This document shows, in pieces, positions 39,587-50,525 of a stretch of DNA of 64,000 bases; within the stretch, counting starts at the first letter, position 1, and every line of letters starts with the position of its first letter. The stretch lies in assembly GCF_902713615.1 (NCBI RefSeq), contig NC_052148.1, positions 222,178,263-222,242,262 of the forward strand, written 5' to 3'. The translations under genes and the position numbers were made by a program. Source of the DNA: Scyliorhinus canicula (taxonomy: Eukaryota). The notes under the pieces are model-generated. The model saw only the letters and a program-made list of their open reading frames with translations. It searched no databases and was not told the DNA's origin.

Positions 39587-39970
39587 TGTTGTGTTGGCTT
39601 GTGTAGGCTTGAGAGATGAACAGACACTTCCAACACAGATGAAGGTTCAACTCAATTTTATTAACTACTTCTAACTAACTAACACACGATGACTGTGGGT
39701 CTAAATAATGCTAACTTGAACTAGAGACCTAAGCCTTGTCCGAACCAGGTGATTCTGTCAGCACGTGTTGTGAGTCCGTGCTGGGCTGAATAAGTTCCTG
39801 TTACCCTCAGAGGCAGCACCCAGAATGAGCGGGAACCGTGGTGCCCTCTGACTTTATAGTGTGTGTATTCTAACTGATGATTGGCTGCGGTGTTTGTACA
39901 TGTTGATTGGTCTCTGTGTGTGTCCATCAGTGTGTGTCTGCACCATGATATATTGGTATATATTATGACA
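39587..39970 (-). mobile_element. solo LTR inserted in Gypsy pol
   Basis: TGTTGTG...TATGACA termini, 5-bp TSD TTTAA and a minus-strand AATAAA. Confidence 0.85.
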
Positions 39971-41019
39971 TTTAACTCCGAGACTATGGTTTTGTAAGTG
40001 TTTCAGTGTAGCTGCAAGTTCTTCAAGTGCTATTGTTCCCTTGAACTGGTGATGATGATGTCATCATAACATTGCACCCTATTTAGCCCCCTCAGAATGT
40101 GATCCACGGACCTCTGAAAAAGAGCAGGAAAAGATTGATCCCAAATGGAAGTCTCCTGTAATGAAACAGACCATTGTGCCACACGATAGTGAGTAGCGGC
40201 TGGGATGTTGTAGCCAGTACGCCTGTGATAGACCTATTTTACTGAATTGCTGACCTCCAGAAAGTCCAGCCAACAAATCTTCAATCAATGGCAGTGGAAA
40301 CTGATCTGCGCACAATACTGGATTTATAATTGTCTTGCAATCTCCACATATTCTTACCAAACAATTAGATGTTTTGTCGACAGTTTTGAGAGCGGCAGCC
40401 AGTGCTCTCTTCAGAATCCATTAGTTAGGCCACACAACCAATGACACAAATGAACAGACATGTTTCGTGTCTATTTGAACTAGTTGTAATAGTGTTGCAA
40501 TCAAGTAAAACTGACACAGCTAACAACTGCACGACTAGAAATGTAAACATCAGAGATGATACGAGTATCTCCCGTTATTTTGAATTATTAGCCATCCATT
40601 TTTCAGATAAGGACTGTTTTGGAGACAGTTGAGAAATCACCCTCAGTTTAGTGAGTTTATATATTTTGTGTGTTTATTCGCTGAGTGGACTAGATTTCAT
40701 TGACTGTCTTAGTCCATGGAACACATTCACTATTAAATAATCACACAACATGATAATGGAGTCATATTTTGTTGTAATTGCCATTGCCAAGTATCTTTTC
40801 AAATTTATATTCTTTTGATGATTTTCATTTTGTCTTTATGATACTGTTTGTTATTTCCCATTTTACAGTCCCAAAATTTCATCTGCAACCAGATATTGAA
40901 CCTTGAGTGTCCCTCCCACTTGTTGATTGGTACACTGGCTATGCTTTTATGTTGACTTTTCAGTGTTACGCTGTTCATGCTGTGTAAATATGAACTCGTG
41001 ACAGACTTTGAACCTTTTT

Positions 41020-42460
41020 GTTGTCCTTACTATCAGATGATCAGTGGGTTAGGGCAGCCGTGGATCTGACAAATAATGACATAGTCATCAATTAATTTAA
41101 CCACTTCAACACTTTTCAGAGAAATTGTAGAACTGGTATCTGTATCAAGCGGCCAGTTAATAAAGCTAGAAAGTTAACTCGGTGCCAAATCAAGTGCAAT
41201 CAGATCTATTATTCCTTGGCGTTGGATGCAACGTGGACTGGAAATCTACAGAAGAGCAGTGGGGGCATTCAAAAAGGAAATGGGGAGGGTACAGGCCCGA
41301 CATGTTCTGTCTAGGGTAATAGGAAGGACTAACAAGCCCAGAGAACCATGGATGGCCAGAGACAATCAGCATATGATGAGAAGGAAAAGATAGGCTTTTA
41401 GCAAGTACAAGGGAAGCAAATCAACAGAGACATTAGTGGAGTACAGAAAATGCAGGTTGGAGCTTAAGAAAAAAATTAGGAGAGCAAAGAGAGGATATGT
41501 GAAAGCTCTGGCTAGTAAAAGTAGGGCAAATCCCAAGGTATTCTATAAGTATATCAATGGGAAGAGGATAACTAGGGAAAGAGTAGGGCCCATTAGGTGC
41601 CAAAGGGACAATCTGTGGATGGAGCCAGAGGACATTGGTAGGCTTTTGAATGAATACTTCACATCTGTCTTCACCCAAGAGAATGAGGAAGCAGGTATGG
41701 AAGGCAGAGAGAGAGACTGTAAGGTTCTTGAGCAGTATTATAGGGAGTGTCAAGATATTGGAGATGTTCATAGAATTTACAGTGCTGAAGGAGGCCATTC
41801 GGCCCATCAAGTCTGCACCAGCCTTGGAAAGAGCACCCTACACAAGCCCACACCTTCACCCTATCCCTGTAACCCAGTAACCCACTTAATCTTTTTTTGG
41901 ACACTAAGGGCAATTTAGCATGGCCAGTCCACCTAACTCGCACATCTTTCAGGATTTGTGGGAGGAAACAGGAGCACCCGGAGGAAACCCACACATACAC
42001 AGGGAGAACGTGCAGACTCCGCACAGACAGTGACCCAAGCCGGGAATGGAACCTGGGACTCCGGAGGTCCGGATAAATTGTGTCCAAGGGTGCTGTGGGA
42101 GGCGGGTGAGGAGATTGGAGGGGCTCTGACACAAATTTAAATCCCTCTCTGGCTACGGGAGAGATGCCAGAGGACTAGAGAAAGCTAATGTGGTCCCACT
42201 ATTGAACAAAGGTGGGAAGCCAGGGAACTACAGACCAGTGAGTCTCATGTCAGTAGTAGGGAAACTATCAGAGAAAATCCTGAAGGAGAGTCTATCTCCA
42301 CTTGGAGAGGCAAGGTTTGATCAGGGACAGTCAGCATGGCTTTGTCAGAGGGAGATCATGCCTAACAAGTTTGATTTAATGTTTGGAGGATGTGATCAGA
42401 TGTGCAGACGGGGGTAGTGCAGTTGATGTAGTTGACATGGATTTCAGTAAAGCCTTGACA
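41020..42460 (+). mobile_element. CR1 ORF2 fragments with a nested HE1 SINE (41769-42062, minus)
   Basis: IRRAKRGY...NPKVFYKYINGKR...LNEYFTSVFTQE; PGNYRPVSLMSVVGKL; VDVV.MDFSKA. Confidence 0.85.
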
Positions 42461-42464
42461 AACG

Positions 42465-42670
42465 TTTAAAAAATCATTTACAAGATGTGGGCATCGCTGG
42501 TTAGGCCAGCCTTCATCGCCCATCCCTAGCTGCCGTTCAGAAGGTAGTGGTGAGTTTCCTTCTTGAATCGCTGCAGTCCCTGAGGTATAGGTACAGCCAC
42601 TGTGCTGTTAGGCAGGTAGTTTCAGGATTTTGCCCGAGCAAAGGAATGGCAATGTATTTCCAAGTCAGGA
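42465..42670 (-). mobile_element. LINE 3' end (partner tail of the second SINE family)
   Basis: GATGTGGGCATCGCTGG..GCCAGC..GCCCATCCCTA is the reverse complement of the SINE tail at 7660-7720. Confidence 0.6.
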
Positions 42671-43055
42671 AGTTTCGATAGGGCAAAGTACTATAACTGA
42701 AAATCCAATCATGTAGGATTGGAGCTCATGAAAATAAACCAGCCGAAAATATTGACTGACAAACAAATAGAACTCCGGTCAGCAACATTTAAAGGAATAA
42801 TCAATAGCGCTAAGGCAAAAATATATTCCACTAACAATAAGAACAAACTGGCTAGGATTGTAATGACAATGCTGCCAACAAATAGGCATCTTTAAGAAAA
42901 GCCATGCAAAAGGATTGAGAAAGGTTAAGTATGGGTATGACATGAATTTTATGGCTAATGGGAACCCAGCTGCGATCATTTCTGAGATCATCAATGGGAA
43001 TAATCCCAATCAAGCCTGCCTTAGAGATTCCCGAGCCTTTCGCTGCAAAGAACCC

Positions 43056-43639
43056 GGGCTGGCTTCTCCCAAAATGGAGCTATATCCCCATGCCAGTGTA
43101 AGAACGGTGGAGTTTTACTCCAGAAATTCCGAGAAACAAGTTGAGCTAATTCAATGTCCTGCAGGGGGCTAGCAGGGACCCGGACCCGCACTTCTGGTTT
43201 GAAGTCCGCACAAGCACACGGTGGTGGCCTCCAACGGTTGCGCTGAGCTCCATGGCAGACTCGGACCACGGAGCCAGACGGAAAAATGAGACCCCCCCCC
43301 GATTGGCCACGCGCCCGAGCATCAAACCATGCGGATCTAACCCCCAGCCACCTATAAGGCCCCCCCCCCCCCCGATGTCCGATCCCCACCCACACCCGAC
43401 CAGGGCGGCCGCGGACTTTAGTTCCACACCGTCGGGAACTCGGCCGGTCAGGAGCGGAGGTTTGCTGGGCAGGCCTCTGTCAATGGGACCCCAGCCGCAT
43501 GGCGTACTCCGCGGTCACGCCGATCTTCGTGTCCCGGAGAATCGGTGAACCGGCGCCAGGCCCGATTACGGCATGAAAGTGGATTATCCGCCCCCACGCC
43601 GGCCGCAATTTTGCCGCGGGGCTGCAGAGAATCCAGCCC
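43056..43639. mobile_element. Harbinger-type MITE
   Basis: GGGCTGGCTTCTCC...AGAGAATCCAGCCC termini; related to 49906-50407. Confidence 0.7.
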
Positions 43640-44299
43640 ATCTCCAAATGTTGATGGCCAGTCAGAGAGCTGCTCTTGTACAGCAGTGCCATTAGGAATG
43701 GTGGCGACTGCTGGGACTGCTGCAGAGTCTGGATCAGGGGCAGGTGTGGGGCCTGAAGGAGAAATGATTGGCTTCAGCAGGCCCCAGTGAAGGGGGTTCA
43801 ATATGAATGGCAGGGCTGTACTTCCAACAGAGCTATCCAAATAGGAGAGACCTCAACCCTCCCAACCCCCTCAAGCTATAACGAGGTCAGCAAAGTTTAC
43901 TTGGCAGCCTCATCATGGGACATGGGTCACTCTGCAGATAGTGGTTGAATTAAACCTTAAAGTGGCCATTAATTGTGTTATCCAACCCATGCCATCCTGC
44001 CTGGTCTGAATGGATTTCTTCAAGGTAACATCACTTTCAGGCAGTCTCCAATGCTGAGTACCAGTTGAGTATGGCACACACCCTGAAAACCCTTCTTCCT
44101 GCTCTTCTTGGTGGCCACCCATTTATTATTGTGAACTCTCCGCTTATGGACTGACCACCCACAGCAGTGTACAACTCAGGAAGCTTTCATCCTCCGTGGC
44201 TAATTCAGTGACACCAGCTTCCCCGTACACTCAGAAATCCAGAGGCAGAACTAAAGCAGTTTCAGATTATGCCTAAAAAATGGTCCTCCAAGACATATA

Positions 44300-44631
44300 G
44301 GCCGGGATTCTCCGACCCCACGCGGGGTCGGAGAATCCCCGGGGGGGGGGGGGGGGGGGGGGGGGACACGAGAATCCCGCCACACCGCCCCCACGCCGGT
44401 TTACCGATTCTGCGGCGCCGATTCTCGGGGTGGGGGGCCTTCATGGTGGCCTGGCCTGCGATCGGGGCCTATCGATCAATGGCCGGGCTGGTTACGTGGG
44501 GGCCTATGTTCCTCCTAGCCTCCGAGGAAGGCGAGCATTCCTGATTATCGGGTACCGTTGATGCCGGAGTGGTTGGCGCCGCTTTTCACGCCAGCGTCAG
44601 AACTTGGCCGCGGGATTGGAGAATCCCGGCC
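44300..44631. mobile_element. Harbinger-type MITE
   Basis: Perfect 14-bp TIR GGCCGGGATTCTCC/GGAGAATCCCGGCC and 3-bp TSD ATA. Confidence 0.88.
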
Positions 44632-44723
44632 ATAGTGTCTTGAAATTGTCATTTAGTGCTGGAGTTGGGAGTAACATGTCTCAGAGAGCCATCCAGGATC
44701 TAAACATCTCTATCCCCACATTT

Positions 44724-45042
44724 ATAATAATAATAATCTTAATAATAATCTTCATTGTCACAAGTAGGCTCACATTAACACTGCAATGAACTTACTGTAA
44801 AAATCCCCTCGTCACCACATTCCGGCGCCTGCTTGGGGACACAGAGGGAGAATTCAGAATGTCCAAATTACCTAACGGCACGTCTTTCAGGATTTGTGGG
44901 AGGAAACCGGAGCACCTGGTGGGAACCCACACAGACACAGGGAGAACGGGCAGACTCCACACAGACAGTGACCCAAGCCGGAATCGGACCTGGGACCCGG
45001 GAGATGTGAAGCAACAGTGCTAACCTTTGTGCTGCCGTGCTG
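44724..45042 (-). mobile_element. V-SINE with the third-family 3' tail
   Basis: HE1-like head and V-domain joined to the GGAATGTGG.GAC.AGGGG..TTACAGTAA tail and (ATT)n. Confidence 0.75.
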
Positions 45043-47109
45043 TCCATAACCGAATAATTTTAGTTAATGCCTCGAGTCTTGCTCTGTGCTAAGTTAGAGG
45101 AGTTGGTGATGAGGGGTAAGTGTGATGTGAGAGAATTTGTTGTGATGATACTCTCATTTTCAGTGGTTTCAGCCCTGCTGCCAGGAACACTGTTCCAATA
45201 ACGTCCAGTAATAATCTCCTACATGAAGATTTAGACACGCAGGTACACCGTACCACTCCTATTGTTTCATGCTGCCTTTGAATGTACGTTCCCCATTCTG
45301 CAAAAAAGAGGGAAGTGTGTTGTGAAATCTGTTGGTATGATGTTGTTATGATGAATAGCTGGTAATGCATGGAAACTGTAAAATGCAGCTATGAGGCTCT
45401 CATCAGTGTTAATGTGTGAGGGTGCTGTAATGTTTATGAATCCAGGATGAGTCCTAATTGAAATTCATGGTTGCTAGGTAATAGCTTTGAGGTGAAGTGA
45501 GCAGCGTCTGAGGCCAGCAGCGCAGTTGGTAGAATCTGACATTTGAAGATGCATTCACTGGCCTTGTAACATTCCCCTTTAAGGGGTCAAGCCCCCAGAG
45601 CGGCATGGCCAATCGGATAGCGGAGCCAGAGTGCGTGAACCCTGGGGTCAGATCTCAGTTTTCCCAGTTAGTTAGGAGTTTAGAGTCTTGGAACATGGTA
45701 GCTTTAATCTCACGCTCTGTGTATAGTGTTTTACTTTAATACACCGTTCATTTGTTAATCTATCTGGTGGTTGCCTGCCTGTCAGAACATGACATTTAAC
45801 TGCTCATGTGAGGTTATTGAACTTCTTGCAGCACTGCATCCGGTCCTTCATAATAGACTTCTAGCATGACTTCCAAAGCCATCTACTCCCACTGCCTTTT
45901 GACCTTTGGACGATCTCCTGAGGACCTGCCATGTATGATGTTTCTCCTCTTTCCTACATCCCGCAACCAAACCTCCAATGTAATGCAGAAAATCTTGCAG
46001 CTCACTCTCCCACCTTGTACCATTTTTCTTTCCCACACCAATTGACTTCCTGCTTGGCTCCCAGTACTTACGCCACAACCGCCACAAAGCACATTCACTT
46101 GAAGGGGATCAAAAGAATGCTGGAAATCTGAAATTAAACACCGAATGGGTGCGATCTACACGAATAGGAACAAAGTCTCGTAATGCGCACAATTAGCCGA
46201 GTGTTTCCTGATGCCCGGAGCTCAGGGAAACACCACACTATCGCACAGCCATCCAGGTAGATTGGGGGCCTCAGTGGAGAATGCGCAGCCAAGGCCGCAT
46301 TTAGCCCAGTTTTCTCCACTGAGGAGTTCTCCTTAGTGAAGGATGAGATTGGGACACCATTTTTAAATGGCGTCCCAATCTCTCGACATCCCCATCCCAA
46401 CTCATCAAAAAGGGAGTCCTCAGGCCCCCCTGCACCGATCCGCAGGGCCTGAAAAATGTCAGTTTGACATTGCCCCGCCAGCTGACAGTGCCAGCTGGGC
46501 ACCTTGGCAGTGTGAGGCTGGCATACAGATGGCAGTGCCAGGCTTGCAGTGTCAAGGTAGAAGGCTGACATCAACAGTGCCAGGGTGCCACCCTGCCAAG
46601 AGGGCAAGCACTTGGGTGACCCCCTCGAGTACCATTCTGTCTTTTTCCTGTTTGTGCAGACCAGCACTGAACAGCGCTTGTCCAAGAACTCCAAGCTGAG
46701 GGAGTTAGATCCCACGCCCTGGGCACATCGTGGGAATGCATATTAGAGTGAGAGTAGCCGTCTCACTCTAATATGCAGATTTCTAAAATGTGAGCGGGAT
46801 TAATATTGTGATGTCTCGCGGGATCACGTTTGATCACGCAAGGCGAGGTGAGCCGGTTAAATCCCGGAAGAGGGATCTCTCTCACACCCCCACACCAATC
46901 TCACCCCACCCTGTGGTGATATGCCTTAAGCAGTATCATAGATGGCTGGTGGTGCAACCTCCAACCAGCAGGTGGCGGTATGGACACACCAGTTTTTCAT
47001 GGATCTCATCGCAGCCAAGGACCAGAAGAGTTCGACCAAAAGAGAAGAAAACAAAATTTTAAATAAGGCTGCAGCTAGTGAGAACTCTTCGGAAACCATT
47101 AAAACAAGT

Positions 47110-47400
47110 TGGAAATCGATGGTATTCCTGAATAACGCATAACTTTGCTGCGACTTCAACCCAACCTCCTCAGTCGGTCTACTCTGCAAAAGCTGAACAG
47201 AACAGCTGAAAGTCACTGATCGGCCAGGTTGCTGGTGTACTTCGGAACAAGAACAATAAAGATCTTTGGTGCATGCGAATTTGAGCTCTTTGTGGACGAC
47301 ATGAGATACACATTACTGTTTCATATTGCAGACATGGTCATTGACTCCATCATAGGAGCAGATTCATCTGAATCCCTGAATTTAGGTCAGCGAATGTATG
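47110..47400 (+). pseudogene. degenerate retropepsin (Gypsy protease) domain
   Basis: W.SMVFLN...NLLSRSTLQKL...LLVYFGTRTIKIFGACEFELFVDDMRYTLLFHIADMVIDSIIGADSSESLNL aligns with the Gypsy protease at 9936-10280. No DTG/DSG catalytic motif visible; stop at 47217. Confidence 0.7.
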
Positions 47401-47529
47401 TCCCAGAAGATGGCTGGCCATCTGAATACCACAGCTCCCTACAAAATGTTAGAGTGTGTACAGTTGTTGAGGATTCAGAAGAAATCCAGGTGGAGGACGA
47501 CGGATCTGACGAAAAGACGGAGCAGCCAG

Positions 47530-48530
47530 CGAGCATTCCGCAATTCTGGTTAACAGTCTTCAAGAAGGTGCATGTGCTCTGTGGCATGATACAAGAGCAT
47601 GACGAACCCATATTAAAGCATCTGCAAGGTGTGAATATTAAATGGACAGAGCATGAGAAACAGTGGATCTTCACTCTTGAGTTTAAGTTCGAACCTGTTG
47701 AGTACTTTACAAATAAGGTGATCATGATTAGAGTGTGTACAGTTGGGGGCCTCACGGTAGCATGGTGGTTAGCATCAATGCTTCACAGCTCCAGGGTCCC
47801 AGGTTCGATTCCCAGCTGGGTCACTGTCTGTGTGGAGTCTGCACGTCCTCCCCGTGTGTGCGTGGGTTTCCTCCGGGTGCTCCGGTTTCCTCCCACAGTC
47901 CAAAGATGTGCGGGTTAGGTGGATTGGCTATGCTAAATTGCCCGTAGTGTAAGGTTAATGGGGGGATTGTTGGGTTACGGGTATACGGGTTACGTGGGTT
48001 TAAGTAGGGTGATCATTGCTCGGCACAACATCGAGGGCCGAAGGGCCTGTTCTGTGCTGTACTGTTCTATGTTCTATGTTCTATGAAAGTATATTGGCTG
48101 GATTCACGACCGCTTAACTCAATCTTTGGTGAACCAGAAATCATGGGGTATACTGGCTGTAAGACTGACTGGAGGGAGGGCAAAAATGTAACAGTAAAAA
48201 CAAATCAAATTAAAACGAACCTCAAAGGTTGAAGCACTTGCAGGACAGTGATGAAAATTGTACCAAATGAATCGTTCTTTAATTTCTTCAGTCCTCCTGA
48301 AGTTCCACAGCATGGAATGTTAAGCCAAAGTTCAGCGGGCGAACCCAATGCTGACTTTGAACTTGGCGGCTACTGTGTGAACACATAATTCTATGTGCAA
48401 TGTTGTATTTTACAGGAGAAATCATTGCAGGCAAGGTTGAATTTGATGATGACTACTATCAATATATGTTTGAAGATTTTGACGATGATGCAGAAAGCGA
48501 TGGCATGGAAGGTGAGATAGATGAAGACCA
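47530..48530 (+). pseudogene. NAP1L1: intronless NAP1L1-like nucleosome assembly protein domain (interrupted by HE1 at 47727-48085)
   Basis: IPQFWLTVFKKV..MIQEHDEPILKHL..FTLEFKFEPVEYFTNKVIM | KVY..PEIMGYTGCKTDWREGKNVTVKT..RTVMKIVPNESFFNFFSPPEVP..ADFELG..MLYFTGE..DDDY is collinear with the NAP1L1 core. Stop TGA at 48230, frameshift near 48373. Confidence 0.92.
47746..48085 (+). mobile_element. HE1 SINE inserted in the NAP domain
   Basis: Full head, V-domain and (TTCTATG)3 tail. The NAP frame resumes exactly at 48086. Confidence 0.92.
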
Positions 48531-48906
48531 GTATGAACTACTTGTTGATCTTTTTATCGCAGCTGCAAAGGCGGGTTCAATGAAAAGGCTCAAGAAGTGC
48601 TACTCCGATGGTTTGGACAGAATGAAGAGATGGTCATGGGGCATCCCGTCTTTGCTCCTGCGAAAAAGACCTACAAGTAGTTCATACTGGTCTTCATCTG
48701 TCACGGGGCATGCCCAGACCACGCTGAACACTGAGAAGAGCGGGAGCTTGGAGATGGTGCATTCAAAGCTGCTGATACTATGGAGGACCAGCCACTGACC
48801 AAGCTAGTAACAGAAGAAATCATCACAGTATTAGAGAAACTGGCTCCAGAGGTGCGTGGTGACTCGTTCCAGGTCTTTGAAACAATTCCTGTAGTCGATT
48901 CCCAAA

Positions 48907-49180
48907 TCATCGAGAACACTGGGGATTAGTGGGAAGGCGTTGATGAATACGATGATAGCAACTCTGATGTGGGAGAGTTTGATGATTCCAGGACTGAAAC
49001 ATTGGAGATCCTTGAGGATACTGAAGATAAATGGGAAGACATTGATGATGAATACGATGATAGCAACTCTGATGTGGGAGAGTTTGATGATTCCAGGACT
49101 GAAACATTGGAGATCCTTGAGGCTACTGAAGATAAATGGGAAGACATTGATGATGAATACGATGACAGCAACTCGGATGT
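48907..49180 (+). repeat. 105-bp in-frame tandem repeat (35-aa acidic unit, about 2.5 copies)
   Basis: GATGAATACGATGA starts at 48942, 49047 and 49152; unit GEFDDSRTETLEILEDTEDKWEDIDDEYDDSNSDV. Confidence 0.95.
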
Positions 49181-49905
49181 CAAAGTGATTGGCAACTCCG
49201 AGGGTGACCCAGGAGAGCAGCTGATGACAACCTCGCTATGCAACTCAATGGTTCACTCTTACATTCTTGAATTTGACCAAGATGACCCATCACAACCAGA
49301 GAGCATCGTAATCTCTAGTGAAGAAGAGCGATCGAGCGATGCTCCAGCGAGCTAAGAGGGGGCGGCACCTGTTGCCCCAGTTCCAACCTCCACCCATGCA
49401 CTAGAAAGTAAGGCGTTTCAACATTCATAGAGGCTGCAGAAGTGGGCGTGGTCACACAACCTAGTGATGACGCGTCGGCCCCTCAGGCTTCACCTGAAAC
49501 CCAGCAGACCTCCAAGCACAGGGTGAAGACCAGCACCAGACCAGAGGCTGCCGAACCTAAACACAAACACAAGAAACTGCGCCATTCCATTCTCAGAACA
49601 AAGAGAACTAAGAGGAGAAGACTGGAAGAGCTAGCTCATTCCACTAAAGAACCAGAAACAGAAACAAAGACAAGCAGCAAACAGCACCATGGCAGGAAGA
49701 GGAAAACAAAGCTGGTGGTGCAAGAGTGGCAATCACAGATGCATGCCTTCCAGAGACACAGAGCAAAGAGGAGATGAGGTACGAGGCCAACATGTAAACC
49801 AGTCTTCGAAGAGGCTGACAACAGCCCAAATGATCACAGAGGTGATCCCATGAGGGAGTAACAATGACATGTGTGAAAGAGACGGACACTGGCCAGGCAT
49901 ATCTT

Positions 49906-50407
49906 GGGCTAGATTCTCCAAAAATGGGGCTATGACCCTACTCAGGCATAAAAATGCTGGCGTTTCACTCTTGACTTTCCTTAAAAAAGTCAAGAGGTAT
50001 TCTCCTACCTACAAGGGACTGGCAGGGCCCCAGAGTGGTTCTCGCAGTCTGGCTGCGGATAGGGGCCCCCGCACCTCTGGTCGGGAGTCCACGCATATGC
50101 ATGGCGACGGTCTGGAGCGGCCGCGCCGAATGCAATTGCGGACTCAGCCGGCGGACCGACATCAAATATGTAGGTCACCCGAGATGCTGCGTGCCCGCGG
50201 ATCCGAGCCGCCCGATCGCTGCACCGGCCGCCCATGAGGCCCTCACCCCACCCCCCCGGTACTTGATCCCCCGTCCCCCACCAGGGCGGCCGCAGACTGA
50301 GCCCGGAGAATCGCGACAGCGGTGCTGGCTACGATTTCCGTGTAAAGATCGATTCCCGCCCCCGCGCCAAACACGATTTTGGCTTGGGGCTGCGGAGAAT
50401 CCAGCCC
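49906..50407. mobile_element. Harbinger-type MITE inserted in the 3' UTR of the NAP-LTR element
   Basis: GGGCTAGATTCTCC / GGAGAATCCAGCCC TIRs with flanks CTT/CAT. Confidence 0.8.
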
Positions 50408-50525
50408 CATGTTTATGGACACCCTGGTTAAACCTACTCACATTGTTAGACATATCATGAATGTATAAAGTTAAAAGATTAATGTTGGTTGTAAACAAAC
50501 CTTAATGTTTTCTGAGGAAGGGGGA

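Larger units (their letters stand above)
37114..40380 (-). mobile_element. Gypsy pol remnant (RT-RH-IN)
   Basis: VRICGDCKTIINP...FPLPLIEDL (RT), LVHYNPKLKLQSACNASPYGVDAV (RH), WQRIHTNYSGP and VVSENGGQFTSEEF...SAPYHPATIGLAE (IN). Confidence 0.9.

Noticed and set aside
45426-45794. Possible solo LTR (TGTAATG...CATGACA)
   Set aside because: The termini fit but there is no TSD or partner sequence in the window, so support is too weak.
47229-47918. 229-aa ORF as a functional NAP1L gene
   Set aside because: Its C-terminus reads into an HE1 SINE. The downstream NAP part has a stop and a frameshift and sits inside an LTR element.
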